Shown: positions 1 to 15,046, numbered from the stretch's first letter. The stretch: DNA of 64,000 nt from Octopus bimaculoides (GCF_001194135.2 NC_068984.1:67248023-67312022), one strand, 5' to 3'. Notes: generated from the letters alone by a model not told the origin. Program-made: numbers and translations.

Positions 1-309
1 CTCAATATGAAAAATCAATATTAATTGGAAAATTAGGCGGCACGCTGTCAAATTCGGTAAAGAGCCAAAAGAAACCACTGAGTCACATTTCGTACCGAAT
101 TCTACGAGTTTTGTAAAAGAAAAAAAAAAAAGTAATAAAGAAAAATACAGGGCTCAGTGTATTGTGCGTCTACAAGTCTAGAATCTTCAGGGAATTGATC
201 CAATGGACTATTTTTATACTTTTTAAAAGGGGTAACTGTTTTCAGGCAATATTCATTGCCACAACATGTCCTATTTTTCAGCATTGAGATTAAAGTATAT
301 CTTGTATAT

Positions 310-619
310 TTTCCTTGTTTCAGTCATGAGACTGTTGCCATACTGGGGCACAATCTTGAAAAATTTTAGTCGAACGAATCGACCCCAGCACTTATTTTTA
401 TTTCAAGCCTGGTACTTATTTTATCGGTTTCTTATTGTCGAATTGCTAGTTTATGCGCACGTAAACACATCAAGACCGGTTGCACATAGATATATTTAGA
501 ACGGGCTCCTTTCAGTTTCCCTCTACCAAATCCACTTCTTGGGTGCTACGTAGCGAGACTGAACTTGGAATAATGTGGTTGAGAAATAAAACTTCTTACT
601 ACACAACCACGCCTGCGCC
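310..619 (-). mobile_element. SINE family A copy (tRNA-like head, internally shortened)
   Basis: The reverse complement matches the head (ggcgcaggcgtggttgtgtagtaag), the middle (gtggatttggtagagggaaactgaaag) and the tail (ggggtcgattcgttcgactaaa...catgactgaaacaag) of the full copy at 23478-23908. Confidence 0.8.
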
Positions 620-620
620 C

Positions 621-674
<54 letters not shown>

Positions 675-2330
675 CACATTCCACGGACCTTTATACAAAC
701 ACTTCTCTACAGAGTTCGGTCATTAGTCGGCTCGGTGCTATAATAGAAATCGCACAGTGTGTCGTGCAGCAGGACAGGACTCGAAGTGCTCGAATGCAAA
801 GCTAGCTCTTCTCTACTTGTGCAGTCATGCCTGCTCAGTACATGTTAAATTTATACTTGACATGGAATAAAGGGAAGTAATCGAAATACTGGAATAAAAG
901 TATGAATTTATTTTATTTCAGAGAACATTTAGTTTTGGAACCACCAATAGGGCAAAGTAAATATTAGCGGTTTCTCTCAGAAACACTTCTCATGTCTAAT
1001 ACAGAATTTATGAATTTTGAATGCTAAGCAATATGAATAGAGATATAAACTAAAATTACATTAACATCACTCTATAAACATCTAGGCACGTAGCAACAGA
1101 AATACTTCCCTTCGAGTCAATAGGAGAAATTTTAAATCTTCGTTGGGGGTGCAATCGCACTACTACTTCAACAGAAGAAGAACACGTGATAATGTGGTCC
1201 TAGATACCCAAAAGAAATGGTTGGTTATAAATTTGTTGTGCGGAGGAGGCTCATCGATTACATCGACCCAACAGCTAATCTGTTATTTTATAGACCCGTC
1301 CCCCCAAAAAGAAAGTCGAATGGGGAAGAATTAGATCTCAGAACAGAGATAACGACCCAAAGTTTTTGTCTGGCGTGCTTGCGTTATTGCCAGCTCGTTG
1401 CCATAGCAATGAAAAAAATGTAAATTTAATTAATTAAATGTTGACAATATTATTCTCCTAACGATTTTTATGTCCCAATAGAGAAAAGCTAGGACAAGAT
1501 GAATACGAATTAGAATAAATATAAAGTATTCTCTTTACAACTGTTTATAGTAATTACCCTCTAGTAATGCTGTATTGCAACAAGAAAAATTTGCTTTTTA
1601 TTACAATGACGCATCTTATTCTCTAGAAAATCGAAAGCACACATGTTTTCGGTAAGAAGAAGGAAATGTAATCGACTACGTAATGATTACGATGACAATT
1701 CTATTTATCTACTTTATTTTCAGAAATACGTCAATTCATTTATTAGGAATGATATTAAATACCAACGAGTGAACGGGAATTAAAATAAAAATATAAAAAG
1801 AACAAAGCATGAATTAAGTAGTTTATAGATAAAGATGGTAAAGTAGACAACTTTCATTTCAGCATCACACCAAATCCATCCACATATTTGCATTTGTATG
1901 ATAGTTAATATAATAATTCTCCTAAACAATTATATTAGCTGCAGCGCTTTGTGTAAAGACATTAAGGAAATTTTACATACAATATAACAGTATCGATATC
2001 GGAAACTTCAAGTTAATGAAAGTGAATTAAAATAATATCAAATAAATTGTATTCCATTATCTAAGTTAATTCCCGAACGTTATTAAAATATTACATAAAA
2101 GAAGAACATCACAGATAATGTTTCTTTTTAAATAAAAAATAATTATATATTTCGAATATATTTAAAATTTAAAGCATTTTTGGTGTGCTAAAAAAAAAAC
2201 AGTATGAAACCGATAAGAAAATAATATAGTGGACTAATAACATTTTCATAGATACAGTTAGTAGTTATATAAAGATGCTTGCTTGGTTTAAGTTTTGTGC
2301 CGCTACCAGCATCACCATCAATTTAAAAAA

Positions 2331-2653
2331 CTGGCACTCTGTCGGTTACGATCTCAATAGTTCCAGTCGATCCGGTCAAAGAAAAGGCTGCTCGTGAAAT
2401 TAGCGTGCAAGTGGTCGAGCACTCCAATGACATACAGACACTTAACGTAGTTCTCAGGGAGATTCAGTGTGACATAGAATGTGATAAGACTGGCTCTTCG
2501 AATTACAAGTATTACTCATTTTCATCAGCTGGGTGAACTGGAACAACTTGAAATAAATTGTCTTGCTCAAAGACACAACGTGCCGCCGGGAATTAAACTC
2601 ATGACCTTACGATCATAAACCAAATCCCAGACAGCTAAGCCATGCGCCTTCAC
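2331..2653 (-). mobile_element. SINE family C copy, near full length
   Basis: Minus strand starts gtgaaggcgcatggcttagc (A-box-like), then gagtttaattcccggc (B-box-like), then gttgtgtctttgagcaagacaattt. It aligns by eye with 39036-39330 (+). Confidence 0.8.
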
Positions 2654-2869
2654 AATCACCAACAAGAACATGAGTATGAGCCAACAAGCCAATACCTAGG
2701 CGGTTGCTCGATCGTTTAGGAATCATAAGTCCGTCTCATTAAACTCTCATTCTATCATCTTTAGATAGGAAGGATACACACACAGACAGAAAAGGGTAAA
2801 GGCCCGTTTTCCGGATTCTGTGGCGATATATATATTCTACACTGGACAGGATGACGATCCGTTGCAGGA

Positions 2870-3013
2870 TTACTCATTATTGCCATCTTATTGAACTGGA
2901 GCAATGTGAAATAGAAATGTTTTGCTCAAGAGCATAATGCATCGCCCGGTCCAGGAATCGAAATTACAATCTTACAACCATGATTCCAATACTCTAACCA
3001 CTAAGTCATGTAC
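2870..3013 (-). mobile_element. SINE family C-related 5' fragment
   Basis: Minus strand carries gacttagtggttagag...tcgattcctggaccgggcga...cttgagcaaaacatttc...gctccagttca, the same head as 34308-34450. Confidence 0.7.
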
Positions 3014-3147
3014 ACACAAACACAAATACACACACACGCACACATACACACGTGTATGTGTGTGTGTGTGTGTGCACGCGTGCGTAGATAAACACAGGTT
3101 TCTTATTTTGAAATAAAATATTCCGTATAGCATTTTATCTATCTATG

Positions 3148-3305
3148 GCTGAGCACAGACAGGCGGACCTTTAACATAGTTCTCTGGAAGATTCAGCCTG
3201 ACACAGAATGTGACAAACCTGGCCTTTTGAAATACAGGTACTACTCATTTTCACCAGCTGAGTGGGCTAGAGCAACGTGAAATAAAGTGTGTTGGTCAAG
3301 GACAC
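3148..3305 (-). mobile_element. SINE family C internal fragment
   Basis: gattcagcctgacacagaatgtgacaa...gaaatacaggtactactcattttcaccagctgagt matches 2460-2570. Confidence 0.75.
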
Positions 3306-3486
3306 AGCTATCTATCTTATCTATCTTGCTTATCTATGTATGTATGTATGTATGTATGTATGTATGTATCTTTCTATCTACCTGTTTGTCTGTCTGTAAT
3401 TTCAATCGGTCTCTTTTTGCCGAAATAAACCAACACCAGTTGCCAAGCAGTGGTGAGGGTCAAACACAACACAACATAAATACACA

Positions 3487-3487
3487 T

Positions 3488-3582
<95 letters not shown>
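3487..3582. repeat. (CA)n microsatellite, about 95 bp
   Basis: Direct reading of the sequence. Confidence 0.97.
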
Positions 3583-3585
<3 letters not shown>

Positions 3586-3795
3586 TGTCGAGGTCCACAT
3601 GTTTGCTCAATTAAGGCAACAAAAAGAAACACATCGCCAATAGCATTATTACCGTTACCACTTCCACACTGAAATGGACTTAACATGAATGAGAGCTTAT
3701 ACTTTTCTTAGATAAAATCAAAGCATTTTGTGCATAAGTGGAGGACCACTTTAAATGAGTGTCTAAATGTTCATCCTAAGTTAGAGGGCGTGTTA

Positions 3796-3803
3796 GAGAG
3801 AGA

Positions 3804-3850
<47 letters not shown>
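3796..3850. repeat. (GA)n microsatellite
   Basis: Direct reading of the sequence. Confidence 0.95.
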
Positions 3851-3853
<3 letters not shown>

Positions 3854-4999
3854 TGGCAAGAGAAAGAGAGAGAAAAGTGTAAAAAGAGCAAGGGTGAAAA
3901 GTGTGAGACAGAAGAAGAGCGGAGAAGAAAGAGAAGAAAGGAAACGAAAGGAACAATGACAAAGAAAGAAAGATACCAATTTTGTTCTAATGTCATTAAA
4001 GGTGATCCGTAGAGTTGAAGGAGACGTTAAGATAAAAGAAGTTTTGTTACAATGGAATTTCTCTGTGTCTGGCAGATTAAAGAAAGTCGCCAGAAAACCA
4101 AAACTAGATCAATTACACTAGCTATTTCTGAGATTTAATAGTCTTCACTTAAAATCTGTTTGCACTTGATTTCGCATTTTCCCACTTTACTTAATCTGAT
4201 ACTTTGCTCGCTTATATTTTATCCTTAATATTGTAGGTCACAATACATATCAATAATAGGAACATAAAAGAAGTCTAATAGACTGACGATTAGCTTCAAC
4301 CAGATTTGTGAAAAGCCATTTCAAATTGTCCATCGTAAGCAGGCAGAAAAAGGAACAAATTCAAACGGAATCTGTTGTGCTTAATCAAAAGGAATCTGTG
4401 ATGCTTCATCAAGGGAAATCGTACGGAAAATAGGCGGAAAACCCCTCAAAAGAATGATCTCTTAGTTCTAATTACGAAAAGAAATTAGTAAATAAAATAA
4501 CTTACCTTATATTAAGATAAAATATATCCACATATATTCCGAAATCACAAAATGTTAATATATCCTGAAAATCAAAGAAAATACAAATTAGAAAAGGAGA
4601 GTTTAACTATGAAGATATAAACTACCTCATTAGAAAGACAGTAAAAAGAATGAAAACTTACATATAAGTAACGTGAAAAAATTATTTTCCTGAAATAAGA
4701 AAATTTGGAAAGGCAGAAAAATCATATTTCCATTTGTACTTTAAACAGCTGGCATAACTCCAACTATTGTGTCTACGAGAATAACATAATTGTATCCGTT
4801 GGATAAAAGAATTTTAAGGTATTTCTTCAAAGAAAATTAATGAATTCGGTAGGAGTAGAAGGCTCAGTGAACGTGCATTGCTTTTGCAAGCTGGGAAAAT
4901 ATTTTTCGACTTTCATATTAATGTATATAAATTTAAGTTTGCATAATTTAAAACGAATATGAAATGGTTTTTAAAAATGTTATTTCATTATTATTAATT

Positions 5000-5215
5000 G
5001 TTTCTAATTTAGGTACATGGCCAACAACTTTGAAGGGAGCATATATTAGTTGACACCATCTACCTCAATGTTGAAATTGTACTTGTTTTATCGACTTCGG
5101 AGGAAAAAGGGCAACGTAAACGATGGCGATATTTGGCTCGATTGGAAAAATATTGGAAGAAATGTCGCAAAGTGTTTCTTCTATGACCTATCGTTTCTGC
5201 TAGGCTGCAACCTTC
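5000..5215 (-). mobile_element. Degenerate SINE family B copy
   Basis: Minus strand: gcctagcagaaacgatag...ccctttttcctccgaagtcgataaaacaagtac...gttggccatgtacctaaattagaaac resembles the B consensus. Confidence 0.6.
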
Positions 5216-5548
5216 TCAAAGCCTATAGTTTAAGCACAAGATGAGTTTATGAGGAGGGAATAAGGGATAACAATGACCCCAGCGTTCAAGTGATGCTTGC
5301 TTTAACAACCCCGAAAAGTTGAAAGGTGAAGCAGACCTTGGTAGGCTAAGGAAAAAAACAAAGAAATCCGGTTTTTCTTGAACCAAACAGGTTCACACCA
5401 ACGGAGCAACAAAAGAGAGAATGGAATGAATTGCTATCGAGGAACTCTGAATTCTGAACATAAGTGTTCTATGCTTAGGTCATTTAATAAATTCAGTCGT
5501 CTATTTCCAATGTTAGCGAGGTCGACTATTTTCTTTGTTATACATGTG

Positions 5549-5558
5549 GTTTGCCGAT

Positions 5559-5617
<59 letters not shown>

Positions 5618-5817
5618 NNNNNNNNNNNNNNNNNNNNNNNNNNNNNNTATATATATGTGTGTGTATATATACATATATACATATATACATATATACGCAT
5701 ATATACATATATATATATATATACATATATACACACACACACACATATACGTGTGTGTGTGTGTGTGTATATATATATGTATATATATATGTATATATGC
5801 ATATATATGTATATATA

Positions 5818-5884
<67 letters not shown>

Positions 5885-5990
5885 ATATATGTATATATAT
5901 ATGTATTTATATATGTATATATACATATATATGTATATATGTATATATATATATGTACATATATGTACACACACACATATATATATATAA
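5549..5990. repeat. Compound (CA)n/(TA)n/(TG)n microsatellite block containing an N gap (5618-5646)
   Basis: Direct reading; it accounts for the HT/YI/CV-repeat ORFs in the track. Confidence 0.95.
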
Positions 5991-7133
5991 TGTCATTTAA
6001 TCTTATCATCATTTATTGTCAGTGGAACTAGTATATCTGTTTACGTTAGTTTTTCTTTCTTTTGTTTTTGTCCTGGTAACAAATGAGAACCTCTTGGAAA
6101 TACAACTCACATTTTCTTTCTTGATGACGTGTTCTATTTATTGGTACTTTATTACCATCTATTTCATTTCAGTGTTTAGTTTCAGCAAATTAATGTGGAT
6201 TTCATTTATGTAGTGAGTCTGAGGAACGGTGAAACTGTGCACATATATTTTAAACGGTATTCCTGTTCAGTTTGAACAAGCTAAATAAAAATCAATAAAA
6301 ATTAAAAGCATGGTCACATGCGCATATAAATCATAATTTTCTAATTGTTATGAGGAACTCGACTATTCTTATTAACAGCAGTCGAATTAGCTAATAACTC
6401 GGAGATGAAACCTTGTACTATTTCGATGGAGTTTACAATTCCGGGTATCTCCTCCCATTCATTAGTTTAGTAGTTGAAACTAGAGATTTACCAATAACCA
6501 CTGATCTTTGAATGGATGTGTAATAGTACCAGATTTTCTCGTACCGATTAATTTTCAACATGAAACCACCCGAATTCGAATGTAACCCATCAAATGCTCG
6601 ATGGTCTTTAAATGAATAGATTAGCTTAAGTGTGAGAAATTTGTTGAAATAATTTTGAACGAAACTAAGCTCTTGGAAATCTATTTTAATAGAATAATAG
6701 CAACGATAAACATCTAATGAAATTTCAGTCATATGATTGAATTTCTTCTAATTAATGATATATTATTACTGGGAATTCAAGAAAATAACTCAATTCTACT
6801 CTTTGAATGATTTAGTTAATCAAAGTTTGGCTACAATTAAAGATGAATAATGCAATCAAGTGCGTATCGAGTTGATTTCATTATCTCTTGATTTGCTCGT
6901 AATTGCTTCATAGACTGTTGATCATGATACATACACACACACACACATACACACACACACACACATATACATATATGTATATATATATATATATATATAC
7001 GCACACAGGCAGACACGAACACAACTACACTAATGCAAACATATATGGTTGTGTTTGTGTGTTCATCTATATACACAGACAACAAACATACACTATATGT
7101 TCATCTCTCTATCTCTCTATCTATCTATCTGTC

Positions 7134-7174
<41 letters not shown>

Positions 7175-7534
7175 GAGTGTTTATGTGTACGCGCATGCTT
7201 GTATGTATCCGTTTCTTTGAACGTATTTGTGTATATCAATCTATACTTCTGTATGTATGCGTGCGCACAAACACTCAAACACACACATATACATATACAT
7301 ACACAATCTCTACGTGTGTGTGTGTATCTGTATGCTATCGAGTATATTGTACATTATACGATATATTAAACACATATATAGACGCGCTGATGCAAGGGTA
7401 TACAAATATACATGTAGATAAAGGGCATATGTCAAAATATGCATTTATATGTTCGTATATATATGTACATATTACACACATTTGTGTGTGAGAGGGTGAG
7501 TGTGCATGTGTGCTATCATGTATATAAGTGTGTC

Positions 7535-7572
<38 letters not shown>

Positions 7573-7627
7573 TAAACACTCACAAATATAAATGCATTTC
7601 TATCTCTGCATATACTCATATATTGTT

Positions 7628-7672
<45 letters not shown>

Positions 7673-9716
7673 NNNNNNNNNNNNNNNNNNNNNNNNNNNN
7701 NNNNNNNNNNNNNNNNNNNNNNNNNNNNNNNNNNNNNNNNNNNNNNNNNNNNNNNNNNNNNNNNNNNNNNNNNNNNNNNNNNNNNNNNNNNNNNNNNNNN
7801 NNNNNNNNNNNNNNNNNNNNNNNNNNNNNNNNNNNNNNNNNNNNNNNNNNNNNNNNNNNNNNNNNNNNNNNNNNNNNNNNNNNNNNNNNNNNNNNNNNNN
7901 NNNNNNNNNNNNNNNNNNNNNNNNNNNNNNNNNNNNNNNNNNNNNNNNNNNNNNNNNNNNNNNNNNNNNNNNNNNNNNNNNNNNNNNNNNNNNNNNNNNN
8001 NNNNNNNNNNNNNNNNNNNNNNNNNNNNNNNNNNNNNNNNNNNNNNNNNNNNNNNNNNNNNNNNNNNNNNNNNNNNNNNNNNNNNNNNNNNNNNNNNNNN
8101 NNNNNNNNNNNNNNNNNNNNNNNNNNNNNNNNNNNNNNNNNNNNNNNNNNNNNNNNNNNNNNNNNNNNNNNNNNNNNNNNNNNNNNNNNNNNNNNNNNNN
8201 NNNNNNNNNNNNNNNNNNNNNNNNNNNNNNNNNNNNNNNNNNNNNNNNNNNNNNNNNNNNNNNNNNNNNNNNNNNNNNNNNNNNNNNNNNNNNNNNNNNN
8301 NNNNNNNNNNNNNNNNNNNNNNNNNNNNNNNNNNNNNNNNNNNNNNNNNNNNNNNNNNNNNNNNNNNNNNNNNNNNNNNNNNNNNNNNNNNNNNNNNNNN
8401 NNNNNNNNNNNNNNNNNNNNNNNNNNNNNNNNNNNNNNNNNNNNNNNNNNNNNNNNNNNNNNNNNNNNNNNNNNNNNNNNNNNNNNNNNNNNNNNNNNNN
8501 NNNNNNNNNNNNNNNNNNNNNNNNNNNNNNNNNNNNNNNNNNNNNNNNNNNNNNNNNNNNTATATATATATATATATATATATGTATCAATAATAATAAT
8601 ATGACAACAAAAGAATGAATGACACCGCGATATTATGTAAGATAGAGGAATTTATCTATAAATATAATATGTGATTCAAATGAAGCAACGTAATTACCAT
8701 GTAGCTCATTTTTAAAGCGACAAATAGGAATATTGAAAGTAAACCTATACATTATCTCAACGTATCACCTCACAGCCATCTGATGTTATGTGCAGTGTTG
8801 TGTGTGTATATATATATCTATATATATATGGCGGGTTTGTGGGTGTTGATAATACTTGGTTGGCAGCAGAACTTAATGCTTGCTAATGTGTTGTAAAATA
8901 ATACAAGTAAGTTTACTGAAATCATTTTCGTAAATAATGATAATTACTTGTTTAAATTAATGTACTTCATCATCAGTTGATAACTAATAAGAAAAACGTG
9001 TAGTGTTGAAAGGCTCTCAAAGATGTATAATCGGAGAATAAAAAAGTAATTTGCCATTTGTGAATTATGTAGCTTCTTCTGCATCCATTAGTTAATCATT
9101 ACAACTGGCAATGTTCTTATGAAATTAGTGCCGAATCTTTTCTTAATGAGATATTCAACACCGATTAAATAGTGAAATGGAATATTTCATTAAACTGAGA
9201 TATTGAAGTTTTTGAAGGACGAAACATGTATGTGACTATACGATCGCTTCGTTTGTGACAAATAGTAGGCAAGCACCAGTTCACATAACATCGTAATGAC
9301 TTTAACATAGTAAAGAAAACTTGGATAATTTAAATTTAGACACGCAACTCCTGGAATAGTGTATCTGCGACATGAGTCTAGACAATATCTTTCCAATTAA
9401 CATTACATTACACTGACCTCACTCAATTATTACATTACACGATATCTCGCACCAATTTGGCACCAAAACCATGCATAACGCATCCTTATATTAATGTACC
9501 AGTTTAGCATTTAGTTCTGTAGAACTCTAGTGTCCTGCATATATCCATTCCATACCCTGTTTATAGGGTGGTTGCTGGTTAAAATCGGTAGCCTCCCGGA
9601 CAAAATGCTCTGCGGCATTTAATTACACTCTTTTACGTAGAGTGTTCAATAACTGCTGACGTCATATTCACTTTTCACATTCTCGGGTATTGATGCGACA
9701 TATCACAGCCAACACA

Positions 9717-9756
<40 letters not shown>

Positions 9757-10186
9757 CATACACACACGCATAAACAATTAAAAATAAATCGATACAGGTA
9801 ACCCACCGTTGACAGATACATTTCATTATGAAAATGTCAAGCAGTTAATTCTATTTAGCAGTAGTGGTGCATGCGATAAATAAATATATTACAGTAATAA
9901 TTAACTGTTTATAACAAAATAACAATGCAGGCCGCAGATGTGAGTTTATGTAATAATTTGTTTATTGTTTAATTCTGTTATCTCTTTACCTCCCCATTTT
10001 TTTTTAAATTTCACAAATTTCTCTTATTATTGAAGAAACGACTCAAAAATGTGTTCAACTAAGGAAGTTGTTGGCCCCTACTGGATTGTTTAGTCGTCGA
10101 CACAAATTTAATGTGAGAACAGCTGCGAAAGAGATACAAATAAACGCATCAAACTATTCTTTATTCCCACTTTAAGTGCAATAGAA

Positions 10187-10228
<42 letters not shown>

Positions 10229-10791
10229 GATGATGATGATGATGATGATGGTGATGCAAACGCTGTATTTTATGATTTTAAGCAAAATCATTTTCTTAAA
10301 ATAAAATTAGATATTTATTAAATTTTAAAATGTGCGTGCAAATTTTTGTCATTTAATTGCCTGTTTATTTGTTTTCTTTTAATCTGCTTTCAGTGCTCAT
10401 CATAAATAAATATTTCAATGTGTTGAAATTAATGTAAATCTAATTCTGCTCAAAACACTTGGCTTTGAAATAAATTGGAATGCTCATGCATTATTTAATA
10501 AGTATCTTACATTTTTCTGAAAGTATTCGATCGTAAATTTAAACCAGTGAAATAGAGTGCGAAAAAGCGCAATGACAGATAGAGAAAGAAAGAGATATGG
10601 AAAGAGAGAGACAGAGAGACAGAGACAGAGAAAAAGAGAGAAAGAGACGAAAGAGACAGAGAGAAATGGAGAAGGAGTTAAGAAGAAATAAAATAAATAT
10701 TTGCTATTTCAAAATGTTCAACGGATATTGCATCCAGCACATTTTGGTGTTTTCGTAATGCTGACATTCTAAAATAATTATTTATTTACAG

Positions 10792-10900
10792 ATATGGAAA
10801 TCAATGGGAATTGAAAGTGAATAGTGGAAAAGTTAATAACATTAATAAAGAAAGACACCACAAACTACAAACAGCGACAATACTTGGCAATCATATGTGC
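10792..10900 (+). CDS. Candidate coding exon of the unidentified + strand gene (YGNQWELKVNSGKVNNINKERHHKLQTATILGNHMC)
   Basis: Acceptor tttatttacag with ctgac branch-like site about 30 nt upstream, donor gtaaga, and only one of three frames open (phase 2 to 0). Confidence 0.3.
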
Positions 10901-11236
10901 GTAAGAATGATATGTAAATATGAGCTTGCTATCATGCAGTCACTGACGAACAGATATAAACCAAGTAATACCTCAGAAGTGAAGAAAGAAATAAAATTAA
11001 ATACCTCATAAAATGCGAAATTACACACGCACAGACACACAAATACACACACACACAGATAAATATTATAGTTTTTATGAAGCATTAAAAAATATATATA
11101 CACGTATTCACATATATATACATAGGTACGTAAATGTACAATGTACATGCATACGTGTACATTTACGTACATATATATACATGTATATGGATATGCATGC
11201 ATATGTATATATATATGTATATATACATATACATGC

Positions 11237-11294
<58 letters not shown>

Positions 11295-12130
11295 NNNNNN
11301 NNNNNNNNNNNNNNNNNNNNNNNNNNNNNNNNNNNNNNNNNNNNNNNNNNNNNNNNNNNNNNNNNNNNNNNNNNNNNNNNNNNNNNNNNNNNNNNNNNNN
11401 NNNNNNNNNNNNNNNNNNNNNNNNNNNNNNNNNNNNNNNNNNNNNNNNNNNNNNNNNNNNNNNNNNNNNNNNNNNNNNNNNNNNNNNNNNNNNNNNNNNN
11501 NNNNNNNNNNNNNNNNNNNNNNNNNNNNNNNNNNNNNNNNNNNNNNNNNNNNNNNNNNNNNNNNNNNNNNNNNNNNNNNNNNNNNNNNNNNNNNNNNNNN
11601 NNNNNNNNNNNNNNNNNNNNNNNNNNNNNNNNNNNNNNNNNNNNNNNNNNNNNNNNNNNNNNNNNNNNNNNNNNNNNNNNNNNNNNNNNNNNNNNNNNNN
11701 NATATATATATATATATACATACAAACGCATTCGTAGATGTACATGGAAACCTTATAAGCATTAAGAAAAATGACAAATATATTGAAATTAAGGAATATT
11801 ACGCAAATGACAAAAGCGTTTTTATTTATGCTTAATTGAATTCCAAAGTTATTCCTCCGAAGAATCTGTTGCGATTCAGTAATTAAAGAAAATATATCAT
11901 TAAATATATCATCAGTAAAAGGCAGTTGACACATCGTCAGGAGTGCATGCAACATATGGAAAAAATGTAAATTTGCACATATATCATTTTTCATGTAAAA
12001 ACTTGATTTATGCACGTAAATATGTATGCCTGCATGTATCTACATTTGCAAGTGTCAATATATGTATAAATATACATATATATGTATGTCTATGTGTGTG
12101 TATATCTATCTATCCATCTATCTATCTATC

Positions 12131-12202
<72 letters not shown>

Positions 12203-12225
12203 TACACACACATAGNNNNNNNNNN

Positions 12226-12276
<51 letters not shown>

Positions 12277-12853
12277 GTGTGTGTATATATGTGTATATAT
12301 GTATATAAATGAGTATATATTTGTATATATACATTTACATGTATATATATAGAGATATATGTTTATACACATGTATATATATATACACATGTATACACAC
12401 ATACACATATATTTATATGAATATATACAAATATTTTAATGTGTTTGGTTGCGAAGTAATATACGAGTCTGGAAATTCAAACCAATTAACAGTGCAGATC
12501 TTTTTTTAATACATGAAGTAATAATAAAAATAAAATTAACCACTTCCCATTAGATTTTACAGGAGAATGAGACTAAAAAAGTCTTTCAAACTGGTAAACA
12601 GCGTTCTTAGTTACATAAAGACGAAGCATACACACAGAAAAAGTGCATACACAGAAACACACCACGTACAGACAACTGACATTCCAGTGAAAGTATACGA
12701 CTTTAAATTCATGTCTATGAACAATGTCAATAAAAAGCGAAGCGAATGATTGCGCGAAATTATATGTGTGTGTGTGTGTATACACACACACACACACACA
12801 TACACTCATATACATCTCCATACGTGAAAGATATATGTAAATAGTATCCACCC

Positions 12854-12890
<37 letters not shown>

Positions 12891-14069
12891 AACATATACA
12901 CAGAAACGTATGTATCCTTTACTAGTGAATACACACCTTAGACGTACAAACAGGCAAACATGTATGTATATCTTTGTGCGTGTATTTTTGTAATGTTTAT
13001 ACGTGCACATATATCAATGTGTGCACACGCGCGTGTATACGTGCATGTATGTATGAATGTATGCGCATATACTTGATGCAAATGTCAATAGTGTCAAATC
13101 GAAATGTCTTTACAGCTGCCTCCATAGTGAAATTCGGAAGGGGAATGCATAGATACAGGAAAATCCTATCTGTTTTGAAATCAAATCGTGCACGTCTGAT
13201 ATTACATCTACCTTGCTGCATAATTTCTTTATTCAATTTGAGATCTGAAGCAGAATTGCAAATGATGCAATTTAGCTTCTTTTGGAAATAGAGAGAAAAT
13301 TTCTCTCTATGAATTCTCCACATCATTATGAATGTCTAATATATTTTCACGAAGGAAAAAAAAAAAATTATAGGCCAATTTAATTCAATACGATTGATGG
13401 TGTTGTAAAGATATCTCGATTTCTTATTTCTGTTTTCCACTACCGTTTTTAATATTGATGAAGTAGTAGACATTCTCGAACTGATAAAAAGAAATATAAT
13501 TTAGCCATGAGACAGAAACCGTTACGAGTTATCGTCGACAATGGCAGTTTTTCTAAATATTCATAATTCTATACAACAATTATTTGCGGATTAAAATTTT
13601 TTTTTTGATAAAGGCAAATAAAATGTAGCGTGTAAAAAAATTTTCATTCCTATCAGCAGCAGAACAAACGTATTGTTCTAAATTTAGACTATGAAATATT
13701 TTCAGTTATTAAATCTTGATTCAAAAATTTAAATCTCAATTTTTATAAAACAAAATCAAACCAAATTAGGAATATATTTATAACATAAAGGGCATTGAAG
13801 TAGGAGTATCCATATTTACTCTCTGTAGTTTTGTGTTCAGATACTTTCCTATCTGACTCTAGCATTTTCTTACCAAGGCCTGCAAAGTAAATAACTACAT
13901 CTATACGGGGAAGTTAATTCAAAGGAATATATTGTAATTCTTTGTCTATTTGCTTTGCCTTGGGCCTCCAACTTTTGAAGCAGTTGCAGCATATCTTGGT
14001 TGTCTAAGCCTGGCAGACTACATCCTTCAACATGTCTGACACAACCGATTTCTTTCGGAGAATGGGAGG

Positions 14070-14109
<40 letters not shown>

Positions 14110-14342
14110 NNNNNNNNNNNNNNNNNNNNNNNNNNNNNNNNNNNNNNNNNNNNNNNNNNNNNNNNNNNNNNNNNNNNNNNNNNNNNNNNNNNNNNNNNNN
14201 NNNNNNNNNNNNNNNNNNNNNNNNNNNNNNNNNNNNNNNNNNNNNNNNNNNNNNNNNNNNNNNNNNNNNNNNNNNNNNNNNNNNNNNNNNNNNNNNNNNN
14301 NNNNNNNNNNNNNNNNNNNNGAGAGAGAGAGAGTGAGGGGGG

Positions 14343-14377
<35 letters not shown>

Positions 14378-14645
14378 CAAGAGAAAGAAGACAAGTATTT
14401 TATCTTAATTTATTGACCTCAGAAACATGATGCTAAGAATAACCAGGGCAGAATTTGAGGCCCTGTACGAATATTATAATGCATTATATTTCATGTTAAT
14501 TTCCAAATACATTTATGACTTTGTGTTTATGGGGGAAACGATCGTCTTCGGAAAATTTACTCCACATGTAGTGTTAGGATCAAAACTCCAAATCTTCTGT
14601 GGTCATGTTTCAATGTATTTTATTCTATTCTACTTTTCAAACGAT

Positions 14646-14851
14646 TCTTTTATTCTTTTATTTGTTTCAGGAATTTGGCTGCGGCCATGGTAGAGCACTA
14701 CCTTTAGTCGAACAGATCGAACCCTGGACTTATTCTTTGCAAGTCTCGTACTAATTCTATCGATCTTTTGCCGAACCGCTAAGTTACAGGGACGTAAATA
14801 CACCAACATTGGTTGTCAAGCGATGGTGGGGAGACAAACACAGACACGTAA

Positions 14852-14902
<51 letters not shown>

Positions 14903-15046
14903 CGACGCGTTTCTTTTAGTTTCCGCTTACCAAGTCCATTCACAAGGCTTGGGTTGGCCCGAGGCACTTGCCCAAGGTGCCACGTAGTTGAACTGAACCC
15001 GGAGCCATGTGGTTGGTAAGCAAGCTACTTACTACACAGCCACGCG
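14646..15046 (-). mobile_element. SINE family A copy with internal (CA)n
   Basis: High similarity to the reverse complement of 23478-23908, including ggttggtaagcaagctactt and ccgaaccgctaagttacagggacgtaaa. Confidence 0.88.

Noticed and set aside
4506-4564. Minus-strand exon-like segment DILTFCDFGIYVDIFYLNI, reminiscent of a kinase DFG or a CNH motif
   Set aside because: Splice signals are strong, but no supporting kinase or CNH exons were found, so the family assignment is unsupported.
6433-6732. 99-aa minus-strand ORF and several short + strand exon-like frames
   Set aside because: No consistent splice chain or recognisable homology.
5378-12408. Long ORFs in the track, including 7500-8618 and 10891-12015 (also 32797-34035, 35459-36125, 37804-38767, 58792-59295, 60353-61597)
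   Set aside because: They are open only because they run through N gaps (X residues) and (TA)n/(CA)n repeats, so they are not evidence of genes.
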